64,000 nucleotides of DNA from Hydrolagus colliei (lineage: Eukaryota): positions 2,232,001 through 2,296,000 of the forward strand of contig CM068751.1 of NCBI GenBank assembly GCA_035084275.1, in the 5' to 3' direction. Positions 50,916-63,957 of this stretch are shown here, in pieces. Position numbers and translations under genes: made by a program. Within the stretch, counting starts at the first letter, position 1. Every line of letters starts with the position of its first letter. The notes under the pieces are model-generated. The model saw only the letters and a list, made by a program, of their open reading frames with translations, searched no databases and had not been told where the DNA came from.

Positions 50916-53269
50916 TTTGTGACTTCGAATATTGGGAGGCCCTTCCGAAGAACATACATGGTCTTTTTCAGTTGCTGATCTCCTGCCGTGCCTTAGTTAG
51001 ATGGTGTTTATTTGTTACTATTTTGGAGCGACTTAGTCCTGGTGCTGTGTGTGAGCTCTGCCAGGAGCTTACGTTGAGGAGTTGCATAATGATTAGAGCT
51101 TATCTGTTTCCTTTGCAAAGTGGTTGCTGTGTGCAGCAATGCAGGCCTGAAAAAATGTGCTCAGTGTAATCTTAACGCAAACTTAAAATGTTGATTTGTG
51201 CGGACAAATTTAATAATAATAATCCTTGCATTTGATGAAGCGCTTTTCACATCTAGATGTCTCAAAGCGCTTCACAGATTATACTGTAAAGTGAACTGAT
51301 TGTATATTTGGGGGCGAATAAGCAAAGAAAATACTGTATCGGTTTTTAGAATCCTAACTGCACAGTTGGCAGCAGACACTTTTATACAAGTCTGCTTTTC
51401 TTGCAACCATATTTCTTTGAGAGACTACAGTCATTTTGTCAGAGGAAACTCTTGGTTTCATTACAATGGAATAAATTGAATACATTCTGGTCTTATTTAG
51501 AACACAACAGAAATCACGGTGGGTTGGTGAAGGTTGACCCTTTAAATGAGATGTTGCAAGCAAACAACATGATTTTCAGTGTCCTCCTCCATGAGTTCTT
51601 TGCCTCCTTAGTCACTGGTTAGTATATTTCTGTTAAAAAGAACTTTGAAGTGTAACTTTTCTCTATTTTAATCTAATTTATGGGTGAAGAAGTATTGGGT
51701 ATTTATCCATTTAAACCCTCGTAATCTGGCTCTGGCGAGCAATGGATAGACCATAGGATTTATAATGCAATGGTTATGGGTTTATGTCACACCAATGGGT
51801 TTGTGTCACTTTACAAGTGCCCCAGGACATCACCCGGCTTGAAGGTTGTTATATAAATGGAAGTTGTTGTTGTAGTCCAACCTGAATCGGGGCATCCAAT
51901 AAGGGGCTGCAGGAGAATATATTGAGGTTACACTCGTTCAGATGCCTCTGTTAATATTAAATGATACAAAGAAGTTGATATGAAAAAAAAATCTAAATTT
52001 CTGTAAGGTAATTTGAGCTGAAGGTTAAAGATCATGAAATGAGGAGATGGATAACCGGCAACTCATAGCACGAGATGTTATTAAATCAGTACAATGTACT
52101 GCGGAGTAGCAGAAATTGAACAGACAATTTCCCACAGCGAAGAGTTAATGACCTTGCTCATGTTGTCTGGAGCGATGCCAACCAGAGTTGAAACATGCCT
52201 CCTCCTTGCAAACAGAAAGAATGAGCAGACAAGAAGCTCTAGCCTGCTTGCACAGGCCTTTCACAATTGATGATAGAGGGTTGGTTAGATCCTGTCCCAA
52301 CTGGCTGAAGAATGCAAAATGGAGTGAAAGCGGAAAAAAGAGGGGACGAGAGAAACATCTCAAAATGTGGGTTGGAAGCATTGGTGAAAATCATGACTAA
52401 ATTTGCTCAGACTTGTGACCTCGTGGATAAGGAACGTAAAACTCATGGTAAACAAATGTAAAAAGTACAGTAGTTATATTTTAGAAACCAATCCAATTAA
52501 GGCACAACTTTGCAAGAAATCTAATTATCACACACTTCTGCATTCCCACATCACTTACATCTGTAAGCCACATAAAAACCCAACACAACCATCACTGAAA
52601 CTCACATCATCACTGCATTGCTAGCTTCCCAAGTTTACTGCTGCAATTTCTATCTTAATGAAATTCTTTAAAAAATTCATACAATTTTCGTTGCATCTGC
52701 AAAAATATAGAGTTCATTTGCTGATATTTTACTCTGCATTTGTAGTTTCTATTAATGTTTCTAAGTGCTTGTTAACATTTTATAACAACAACAAACAACA
52801 AAATTACATTTATAGAGCGTCTTTCACGTCGGGAGGACATCCCAAGAAACAAACCTATAGGAAACTGTCATGAGACAGAACTAGCCAATTTTGTATTTGG
52901 CTGTGTTTCTTTGTACAGTACTATATTTGTATACAATTTTAGATTTCATACCTATACCATTGCATTGCAGCATCTCCTAGAATTGAGCTCTATAGCGGCC
53001 AATAGTGCCCCTTCCAGGCCAAGAGATGATATTACAATGTTTTTGAATTAAACTGTTTTTTAAACCATTTCGCCCACAAGCATACAGTCAATTCACTTTA
53101 CTGTGTGTACTCTGTGAAGCGCTTTGAGACGTCGATAAGATGTGAAAAGCGCTATATCAAATGTAAGGATTTTGATTATTATTTATTATTATTATCTGCA
53201 CTGTTAAAACAAGTTGAGCTGGGTTTGCTAGCTTTCTTAGGATAACAATGTTTGCAGATTACACAATTT

Positions 53270-53737
53270 ATTTCTTTCCTTTTCCTTGCCCTCTTTTTCC
53301 CCGTCCCCATTTCCGTGACTGTTTGTGGGACACTGCTGTGTGCAATTTTGGCTGCCGCGTGTTGCCCACAAATATGCAGTCGGTTTTTCTGCTCTCCTTC
53401 CCCCTACCCCGAACCCTCCCCTTACCTTCTTTCCCCCCCTTTTTCCCAAACCCCACTTCCACGACTGTTTGTGGGACACTGTTGTGCGCAATTTGGCTGC
53501 CGCGTTTCTCTCACAAATATACAGTCAATTTTCCTACTTTCCTTCCGCCAACCAAGACCCCCCTCCCCCCCCACTGCTCTGGTCCCTACCTCTTCTCCCC
53601 CCTTTCTTCCCTCTTGTCTTCTCCCTCTCCCACCTGCTCTGGTCCCAACCTTGGGACGTTGTTGTATTCTGTGAACCGCTTTGAGACATCGATAAGACAT
53701 GGAAAGCGCTATATAAATGTAAGGAATTATTATTATA
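53270..53737 (+). mobile_element. Composite SINE-core tandem dimer (same structure as 23140-23541), preceded by a SINE tail at 53065-53195
   Basis: Two tandem units gactgtttgtgggacactg..ttggctgccgcg..cacaaatat.cagtc plus pyrimidine spacer, followed by a SINE-type tail. Confidence 0.75.
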
Positions 53738-56634
53738 AGAAAGAATCCAAAAGTTGAGCGGTGTTTTCTGTTTTCTATGGCGAAAGCAGCAATAACACTA
53801 TTGCTTTAATCATACACATGGCTATTATGCTAATACAGTATGTGTGACCCTCTCCTAGTTCATATATAAATAGTGCTTGAATATTTATAGTTTTATTGAA
53901 ACAGAAGTTTCCATTGTCTTCTGTCACAAACAGTGGTGTTTTGATATCAATATCTTGACAGCACCCACTTTATATATTGTAAGAGACAAACTGGGGTAGA
54001 GGTGCCTGGAGAACAGGCAGCAAGCATTACTTAGCTTGGATCTATGCTGTCTCCATGCAGGATTTTTGTTGAGCTCATGTGCAATGTTCCGTGTGGAAAG
54101 AGTCCTGGTTAACCCCAAGAAAATAATCTATTGTTCACTTCATGACTGTTTGTGGCTGTTTGTGTGCAGACTGACTGTCACATTCGCCAACAAATATACA
54201 GTATCAGCACTAAACTTCACAGTCAAATTCTGTGAAGTGTTTTTAACATGCGTCAGCAACTTGGTAAGGGGCTATATTAAATGCAGTATTATATATAAAG
54301 TCGCACAGTCACATACGGCACCTGTTGACATTGTCACATTCAAGGCTGGTTGCTGGCAGCAGTTGAGCACAAAATGGCATTGCTGTGTGTGCCAATAAAC
54401 CCTGAACCCACCACAGCAGACAGTGGTACAGTGTACTTGTAGCAGGTAGGCTGCCCTGGTTACATATATACTGCTAATGGCAGTCTTGTTGTTGCTGACA
54501 AAACAATAGGTCAAGAACAAATGATTGCTGTAAAGGCACAGTGGACATTTTGCAGATGACGTCATGAATTGTGAGAAAACAGTTAGTGGTTTATTCTCTT
54601 GCCAGCTCAATGAGACAATTTACAGCCATATACCAGTGCAAACATCAATGCTTTGACAATTTCATGTTGCCACGTTTGTTTGTTTTTATCGTTAATCAGT
54701 AACATGTATATAAATCTTACACATTTTCAATTGAGATCAGAATTATACCACATTTGATACCTAGGTACAGTGAGTTAGTTGGCAAAAGGAATAAGTCGAA
54801 TACATTATTCATGCTAGAAAAATCAGTCACAATTCTCACTGTTGATTTCTACACAGTCCCTCTTGTGAAGGACACACATTCAGGGTTGCTCTAGGGGCAG
54901 TGTCTCTGTGAAAACTTTTTGGAAAATATTGAATTACAATACAAAATAAACAGGATTTCCTATTTCAATCGCCAGCCTTCAAATTGCTTTGGTGCTTTCT
55001 CACATCCAGCACAGTTAATGTTATTTTTCAACATCTGTTTTATTTTATCTCAGACATTACAAAAATGTTATTTCTTCCATGAGTTGATCTACAGTGAAGC
55101 AGTCAAAGGGGGGAATCATAAAGTTCTAGGCTCCTGTTTCTTTCAGACCAATTTGGTAAATGGGCTGTGTGATTAGGAATTTCTGATTTGAGTTTCTGTT
55201 TACAAAATTCCTGACATTGTGACATTGCTGCTTGTTGGAGTTTAGTTATATTGGAGATGGTAACAGAGAGAACAGGTTCACAGAGGTTCATGGTGTGTTC
55301 AGCAGTGGTGAAATCAGGATCTTCAGATTAGCATATTTTTCACAAAGTTCCTGCTTTTGAAACTCATATATGAAAATATTTTGCCAACACAATCACTTGA
55401 AGTATTGAACCAAACATAATAGCTTATGTTGCCAGTGACTGAATCACAATATTGATGTACAGTCAGATAGAGTCCAATTAATTTTTCTTTAAAAAGAACT
55501 GGTAAAGAGAAATGAACACAACGCGAAGAAGACAACGAGGAAACATATTTCACGTTACTACACAAGGTCAAGGCAATTCATGTCCCTGAAGTCTCCTAAG
55601 AAAGAAAGTCTAACTGTCAGTAACACTCATAACAATCATGTTATTGCATTATAATTAGCTTAAAATCAAATTTCAATGTAGTGGTTAATATTGGGAATTA
55701 TAACTACTTGCCCTTAGAAAAGAACCAGCTAAGCAGGTTCTCCTCACTACGAGCACGATAAAGCGAACAATTTGCCTTTCTGGAATAATTGATGTGGAAG
55801 AGTGATTGAAGAAACCATGGGACAAATTAGTACTGTAGTATCTCTCAATTGGATGAAACCGTCAACTCACAAATAATCATCATTTTGTCTGTACCATAAA
55901 CCCTAAATAGATACGATCAGAGTTTGTTCTGCACACACAATGGATACATGTGAGGGTTAGAGATGTTAGAGAGGGTCTCATTGACTAGCACTCTAACCGA
56001 TGCCTCTTCACAGCTGTTAATCTCGAAATAAACATCTCCTAAAAATGAAACTCTTTTAACTTCCTTCCATATCTGTAGAATTAGATATTCTGTTAGATAA
56101 TAAAATTGAGGTCAATAGGTTGAAAACACTTGTATGTTTTGAGATTGAATGCTGGTATCATAATTACTAGGAACTGGTCAGTGTGGTTAGCATGAACAAT
56201 TAAGATAATTAATCAGTGATCTGGTTGATTTCAATGCTATAATAGTTCTTCTCGTTCTCAAAATTAGTAAATTCCGCAAGCCAAATTCCCCCAATGATGT
56301 CTTCAGCTCTCTGAAAAAAACTATTTTAGTTTAAATGCACAGAACAATCAAACATGAAATTAAGATTGCATTTGTGTGGCTGCAGATATGGATATGTACA
56401 GTATATTCACCCAGTTGAATATACAGTAAATGGTTTCCTGATACACTAGTAAAAAAGGTTGGATGTACAACGGTCTAATTTCTGATGCATGCTCACTGGC
56501 ACATTTTCAGAAGGAGATGGATGGTGTAATATAAAACTGATGAGTGGGCCTGATTTTAATACAAAATATTTACATCTTCCCTACCAGAGATCTTTGTAGA
56601 GATTTAAAGATACAGGTGTCCTTTTGGCTGTCCA

Positions 56635-57293
56635 ACTATCTCACCCCCCGCGCTGCCGAAACACTCGTGCACGCATACATCACCTCACGGCTGGATTACG
56701 GAAATTCTCTCCTAGTCGGCCTCCGCAGTTCCTCCATTCATAGGCTGCAGACCATCCAAAACTCTGCAGCCCGTGTACTATCCCGCACCCGCCTCCGTGA
56801 CCACATAACCCCCACCCTCGCACGTCTCCACTGGCTCCCCATCCTCCAGAGGATCGAATTTAAGATCCTCGTCCTCACCTACAAGGCCTTACACAGCCTT
56901 GCCCCATCCTACCTATCCGATCTACTCTCCCCCTACACGCCCACCCGGACCCTCCGTTCAACAGGACTTGGCCTGCTCCAAGCCCCCCGCCCGAACCGCC
57001 CCACCATCGGAGGCCGGGCCTTCAGTTTCTCCGCTCCCACTTTATGGAATGCCATCCCTCAATCCCTCCGTTTCGCCTCTTCCCTTTCCTCTTTCAAGGC
57101 CGATTTGAAGACTTTCCTCTTCGATCGTGCCTTTTGTTCCACTCCGAACTCGTTTACCTCCCCTTCGTGTTTCACCCCTTCCCAAACATTCCCCTCCCAG
57201 CTCGGGTCAAACGCCTCTTGTTTAGCGCCTTGGGACGTCCTCCCGACGTGAAAGGCGTTATATAAATGTAAATTGTTGTTGTTGTTGTTGTTG
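56635..57293 (+). mobile_element. L2 LINE 3' fragment, young (open frame)
   Basis: YLTPRAAETLVHAYITSRLDYGNSLL..LHWLPILQRIEFKIL..IGGRAFSFSAPTLWN is uninterrupted; (TTG)n tail. Confidence 0.95.
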
Positions 57294-57409
57294 AAGCCAT
57301 GATAATTGAGCAACTAACATCTAAGGTAAACAATGTGTTTTATGGCGTCAGATATATTTTATTTCTCAATACATCATATTTTCTTTAAAGTGTTTTGGAG
57401 AATCAATGT

Positions 57410-57582
57410 GTGGGAAAATGAGGACTGATTGAGGACTGTATCTATAAATGCATATGAGTAAATTGGGGAGGAGAGTGCGGGGGGAGTGGGATTCATTTGA
57501 ATAGCTCTTTCAAAGTGCTGGCACAGACACGATGGGTCAAATGGTCTCCTTTTGTGTTGTATAATTCTATGATCTTACGATG
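57410..57582 (+). mobile_element. CR1 3'UTR remnant
   Basis: gctctttcaaagtgctggcacagacacgatgggtcaaatggtctccttttgtg..ttctatgat resembles 29665-29745. Confidence 0.75.
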
Positions 57583-59316
57583 TCTTCTGCTGTTGAATGT
57601 GCATTCTCAGCTGAACCTCGGTACCCCAGATATTGAGTAGAGTCCAGCTGCTTGTACAGAAAGCTGATAGGAAAATCAGAGGATGGTTGGATCTCCGGTT
57701 GTTTTCCCCTTCCTACCAGTTAGCTTCAGTATTGAGACTGCAGCATCACAGACCTATATTGGGGAAAACCTGGCTACCCTGTCCACAAACCATTGAGGCA
57801 ACTGCTTCCCTTTCCTATCCACCCTCGTTTACATGCCATTGGTAAGGTAGAATTGTGGAAACATGTGGGAGTAATCTGATCTGGGAGTTTGAATGTTGTT
57901 CATGAACTTGGCTCATTTCTTGGAATAAATGGGTTTCCTATTTCAGAGTGAATAGATGTTATTGAGAGCAATAATGCAACCCAGCAACTTGTGAGTAACT
58001 TGCTCTGACAGTGAAGCATTTTGAAAATTTCCGATGGATAACATACAGCTAGCTAATAGTGGTACATTCTTGCAAGTTTGCTCTTCCTTCAGCAAACGAG
58101 AGCTTCACAGTTTTTCCTTCATTGCAATTAATCATATGGAAAGTCTTTCTCTTCATTGTCCCCGATTCTTTCAGCAGCACGCAGAAAATAAAATATTCAC
58201 ACAAATTAAATGTAAACACACTAATATACTTGTCGTAGATATACTGGAGCCAAGAAAACTATTTGCTGCATCGAAGAAAGATACTGCTATTTTAAATGCC
58301 AGGATTCAATACAGTGCAAGAAAGATTCCTATGCTATATTAACTTCTATTCACGGTCAACTTTGTTTTGTTTGGATCTTTTCTCCGTTGGGAATTGGTCA
58401 TTTGAATGTCACATGTTTGACATTCAAAGCAGGATTGCCAATAAGGATTGGAAAACTGACAATGCTTTGTAGCTTAGTACAAAGGCACATCATCTTCATA
58501 TCTGATCTTATTATTTCTTAGTAATCAGTTATTGATTATAATCAGATAAACATGCAGTGAATACATTATAATCATTATAATTACAGATTAGAATCTAGTT
58601 GTTTCTCCTAAAAGCCAGTTTTGCCTAAAAAAAGGTCCCAAATTGAATGCCACCAACAAAGTCTGCAATAACCATTATAAAGGAAAATTACACGCCGATT
58701 ACACATTAAATAGGCATGTTGAAATTTTAATTAATAATTGCTTGAGCTTTGCTGTTGAAGTTTCTATGTCATCTCATGTGTTACTCCCAGTCAGCCAATA
58801 TTCTCATTGTTGATGAAGTGGCTTTACATTCACTCAGACTTCCACTAATGAGAGACACAACCTAAAGTCTTACCAGTTTATAAAGGAATAAGATGTATAT
58901 CTTCTATTAGGCTGCCAGGCCACTGGAGAGCTGTGGCCCAGACTGTCAGAGAATAACACAATGTGTACTTGAGTTTGCTGGACACGACAGACAGTTACAC
59001 TGTCTGATATCCTTTACAAATGCCCCATGCCAGCATATAAAAAAACCCTATATAAAACTAACTTCCAGCTGCTGATTCACTCATACGCCTCTTGAAACAT
59101 TTGAAAGTGCAAGTTTTAACCACTCATATGTTCATGTTTATATTTTTAATCTGAAAACACAGACTTTATGGTGCTCAATAGGCATTGTTGAAGGTTAATT
59201 GAATTGCCATAAGTCAATGAATTATGAATTCCGCTATTTAAAAACCTCTTTAAAACCTCCTCTAAACAAAGATACAATTTTAGTTTACAATACAATCCAC
59301 ACGCAAGAGAACTTAC

Positions 59317-59367
59317 CTTTAGTAATTTTCCAATACTTATATCTTGTGACATAAACGTGGTGCCCAT
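59317..59367 (-). CDS. Candidate distal alternative first exon (MGTTFMSQDISIGKLLK)
   Basis: aacATGG Kozak context, 17 codons, consensus donor AAG|GTAAGT, phase 0 (compatible with acceptor 21715). RFX X-boxes lie upstream. Confidence 0.5.
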
Positions 59368-59610
59368 GTTTCAGTGAGTACAGTGCATCGTCACTCAGAG
59401 CTAAACTGTTTCAGCAGAGATGGAAAGTTCGGCTCTTAACTTTAACGTAGGAGCAGTTCTAAGATATCGAGTTGTCTTGATAACCTAACATATGAGCAGT
59501 ACAGCTGGAGAGGCCTTTGCTGGCAGACTTCTGCAGACTCCAGGTTACGTTCTGCAAGTGTGGGAAAATGTCTTTATTTTCTACAATATACTGGGCCTCA
59601 GATTACCATA

Positions 59611-59624
59611 GTTACCACGGCAAC
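59611..59624. promoter_or_regulatory. RFX X-box motif
   Basis: GTTACCACGGCAAC fits the RFX consensus GTNRCC(N0-3)RGYAAC. A weaker site, GTTGTCTTGATAAC, lies at 59471-59484. Confidence 0.55.
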
Positions 59625-60914
59625 AACTCAAGGGATCACTAATCAAGCACGTTTGAATTTCAGTGGCGGAGCAGGCCCTCGCTTTCTCCAAGTATGGTGC
59701 TTGAACTACTGAAGCACAATGTTTATGTTAAGTGCTCAAAGAAAGTTGTGTGTAGATTGAGGAAGAGAAAGCGCGAGAATTATAAAGTACAGAAACATTG
59801 GTGCTGTGCAGAATGAGGTCTGTAAACCTCAATATCAGCAGAATTCCAGAGTAAATTCCACCCGCACTATACTTCCAAATAGCACTGTTGGACATGAAGC
59901 AGCTGGAATAGTTTGGGTTACAAGATAGGATCATTAAACTAATGCTTTGATATAATGAACTTGTTATAAACAACACTTTCAAATGAAACCTGTGAAAAAA
60001 ATTCTGAAAGTAAATTATTAACTACTTGATGAGTTAATGGTTACACCCAGAAAACTCTCCCCACACCCACCCACCTTTATCAAAAAGCAAGGATTATTAT
60101 TTTATGTCAGTGTAAAAAAAGTTTGACAGATGTGTTTTTTCAGTCAGACAAGATCCCATTAAAATTTTAAGTAAAGTACCTCTTATTAAAATGAGAGTGT
60201 TTAAAGGTTTCAATTCTTGCATGTATGCCTTTATTGTTACTATTCCCATATTTAGTTTTGTTATGCTGCATATGTGCAAATGACAGCAGTATTTTAAACA
60301 GGGAAACCTTTAAAATGCAAAGAAAACCAATAATAATGACCAAAATTGTACAATGAAGGCATCATGCATCATTATTGTTACATTGCCATCAAGCAAATTA
60401 TAGTACTATATTACATGCACAGAAAAAGATGGTCTTTCCATCTCACTGGCAATTCAAAGACAAAACTCACAATTCTGAACCAGCCCATACACACATTGTT
60501 TACTGTATGACAATGTATACGTGTGAGACACAGTGAGTGTACAGACACAGGTGTCTCTGAAACACAATTGGGTTGGAATCTCTGTGATATGCTTCTGTAA
60601 AGAAACCGAGGCAGCTGTCTTAGAAATGTTACGCTGTCCTGTGTTTCAGGCATAAATCACACTGTTCAATCATGTCTGTACAAGGCAAGTCATTTCCTAT
60701 AGTAAATAATTGCAAACAGTTAATTCCTACCATCTGCTAGATTATTTTATCCCATTCCTGGAGTAATATAACAGATAATATAAATTAATAATTGCCAAAG
60801 AACAACAATTTCTCTCAGTGTCAGACTGTAATCTCGTGCGATGTGTTGCTGGCTGAATTTGATCAGCAAGTTAGGTCATTTTATTTTTCACACAATCATG
60901 AAAGAAGTATTGGA

Positions 60915-61312
60915 AATATGAAAAGATGCTGAAAATGCCCAGCAGGTCAATCCAAATTAGAAAGAGAAGGAAAGCTTAGCATTTCAAGTGTGACCTTCAC
61001 TCGGGCTCAGTTCATTGTGCTATGACAACACCACAATAATAAAAATTGGTGATTTCAACCCACGACCTTTTGCTGCTGTGTGCAATTTGGCTGCCACGTT
61101 TCGCCCACAAATAGACAGGTAATTCACTTTACAGTATATCCATACAGTATAAACATTGTGAGATGTCAATAAGATGTGAAAAGCGCTATATCAAATGCAA
61201 CATTTATTATTACTATTATTATTATGATGAAGAGTTCCACATAAAAGATTAAACTGTTTTTCTCTTTCAGAAGTTGATGGTCATGCTATGTATTTACAGC
61301 ATTTTCTGATAT
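60915..61312. mobile_element. Inverted pair of degraded Penelope-like repeats with a SINE (61035-61225) nested between them
   Basis: 60918-61002 resembles the reverse complement, and 61226-61310 the forward form, of the 42779-42880 repeat. Confidence 0.5.
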
Positions 61313-62084
61313 ATATTCTATTTTTAGACATACGTAATTTCAACAGTGCCCCCCAGGATACATCCAAACCTATTGTGAATATCTTTAGGTTCATACAAGA
61401 AATACATGAATGGCATTGACCTATCTCCTCCAATGTGTGTGTTTGTTTGCGTTTCTCTCTCTCTTACTTTGTCATAGACACACTTTTCTTTCTGTACCTC
61501 TTTTGATGATTCTACTATCCATAGTTTCTATATTTCCTATTGCTATTTCTGTTATTCTATTATTCTACAATGATGCCAATATGGTAAATCCTCACTTTCT
61601 CACTGACAGAACAAGGCAGCTTCATCGGTTATCAATAAACATATGTGGTGGACCGGAATACAAATTTGGGTATACATCGTTCCCCCTTATTGTTTATGGA
61701 AATATACCAATCAATCAATTGAGCTAGAGATGGAAGGGCTAGCACTTGATCCCACATGGTACACAGAGCAGAAAGCCACAGGGATAGACGTAAACCTTGT
61801 ACAACCCAGAAAGGATACTTCAGCTCAAAATAGTAATTTTAAGAAGCAGCTTGATAGTGTAATGGAAAGAAAGTAAGGTTGTGGAATAAAAAGAGAGCAA
61901 AAGGGTTGAAGGGCATTTTACATCCAAACTTCTTTGTTACCTTATGATCTCTAAATGTTTTAGTAGCGACTGATATGTAAGGCCGTTGATAATTTCCAAT
62001 TAGATATGTTCTGTCCCCTTTACACACTGCATTTGGCTGATACAACTTTATGCCCAAGGAAGTGATATCAATTGTTAATGTTAA

Positions 62085-62310
62085 ACCAACTGCCTGTTCA
62101 GGTAAACATTAAAGATCCTGTAGCATTATTCAAATAGAGCTTCTCCCAGTGTCCTGACCAACCATTCCCCAGATAAAATTGTCATTCACTTCATGACTGT
62201 GGATGACTTGGCTGTGTTGCCACATTCATCTACAAAACAGTGCTGTGAAGCGCTTTGAGACGTCCTCCAAATGCGAATGGGGTTTTATCAAACACGACAA
62301 TTATTATTCT
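62085..62310 (+). mobile_element. Deu-domain SINE remnant
   Basis: ctgcctgttcaggtaaacattaaagatcctgtagcattattc..ttctcccagtgtcctgaccaac is a Deu-core-like stretch. Confidence 0.6.
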
Positions 62311-62512
62311 TGAAAATTCAGTTCTCTTCTCATTTCTGCAAGAAGTTGATTATTTAAATTTGAAGTGCATGGCTCTCACACCATTTCAAAGCAAGATTCA
62401 GCAATTCATTCATTTGTTTGATGTAAGAAGCAGTTTTGATTATGTGCCCATGACAAATAATTCACTGACTCCTCAGGAAGGGGCAGTGCACTCTGATGAT
62501 CTCAGTGGGTGG

Positions 62513-63300
62513 TAGGGAACGGCGATTAATCGGTTTTTCGATTAAACCCGATGTGATTTTCACATCGGTATGCCGATATGGTAATTCTAAAAAACCTGTT
62601 ATATCGAGGGATTCGATTTTTAAAATATACATCGATATATTTTTAATATCGTTCCTGGCAATATATCAATATTGTTGGAATTATCAGTGTAATGCGATCT
62701 TTTCCAGCTTACCTTGTCGCCGGCATTGCAACCTCCTAGATCTAGAGCATGGAATGCGCGTACATTCGGTGCGCGCGCACAATTAACGGGCGCGCACATC
62801 CGATGCGCACGCACACTTTACTGTGTATACTGGACGTGAGTCGTGGCGTCTTAACAAAGTCGCATCGCTGAAAATTGTAGTTTGAAAATTTACCTTTCTC
62901 ATCATGGGGAAAAGAAGCCCCGTATGGGACACTTTGAAAACAATGCAGTCAGTAATGGTGTGTATAGATGTACAGTTTGCAAGGGCTTGGTTAAGACATC
63001 TGATTCGAGCACGAGCAACCTGCGACATCACATTAAGCAGCACCACCCCGCCCAGCACGCTGCCCTCAGAGCGAAATCATTGTCGACAACAGCAGGAAGT
63101 CGAACCAGCGCTTCGGAGAAAGTGACAGGTAGTGGGGCCAGTACAGCTCAAACAATTCCTGCTTTATTTAAGAGGAGAACATTGTACCAGAGAGGGGACA
63201 AAAAGTGGCAAAGTATCACGAACGCTGTCACTTTTTAAGGAGAGCTTGCCAATGGCGAAGGACATTAATTCAGACTTCAGACTACATAAAAATAAGTGGC
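62513..63300 (+). mobile_element. hAT (Ac/ZBED1-like) transposon 5' part with frameshifted BED zinc finger
   Basis: TAGGG terminus with CGAT-rich subterminal repeats. MGKRSPVW / HFEN..YRCTVCKGLVKTSDSSTSNLRHHIKQHHP (BED finger) and KKWQSITNAVTF follow; the catalytic domain is absent. Confidence 0.85.
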
Positions 63301-63335
63301 ATTTTGTGGCTGTAAGTGTTATTTTTGTGTGTGAG

Positions 63336-63418
63336 AGAGTTAGAAGCCAGATTATCACTGCTTCTATGTGTGTGTCTAGTCAGACACACACAGCAGTGAT
63401 AATCTGGCTTCTAACTCT
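63336..63418. repeat. Near-perfect inverted repeat/hairpin
   Basis: AGAGTTAGAAGCCAGATTATCACTGCT (63336-63362) is the exact reverse complement of 63392-63418. Confidence 0.95.
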
Positions 63419-63557
63419 AACAGTCAGACTGTCTGTCTCTCTCTTTTCTATTGTAATAGATCTCATTTACACGTGGACATTACATGCTACTTTCAAGCAA
63501 GAAATGGAGGAGAATAAATCTCTAGATTTTGTTTTTGGTGTGTGTGTGTTCTATTTT

Positions 63558-63957
63558 GAGAGAAGGAGAGGGGGAAAGTTGGGAGAGAAGGAGAAAGGAA
63601 GAGAGGAGAGGGAGGGAAAGAATGAGAGGGTGAAAGGAGGGAGAGAAGGAGCGAGGGGACAGGAGGGAGAGAAGGAGAGAGGGGAAAGGGAGAGGGGGAA
63701 AGTTGGGAGAGAAGGAGAGAGGAGGAGAGGGAGGGAGAGAAGGAGAGGGGGAAAGGAGACAGGGAGAGTGGAGGGGGAGGGAGAGAAGGAGAGGGGAAAG
63801 GAGGGAGAGAAGGGAGAGAGGGAGGGAGAGAAGGAAAGGAGAGAGAGGAGGGTGGGAGGGGGGGGGAGAGTGGAGGGGGAGGGAGAGAATGAGAGGGGAA
63901 AGGAGGGAGAGAAGGAGAGAGGAGAGAAGGGAGAGAAGGAGAGGGGGAGGTAGGGAG
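63558..63957 (+). repeat. Polypurine (GA-rich) low-complexity tract
   Basis: About 400 nt almost entirely G/A, with degenerate repeated blocks. Confidence 0.95.
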
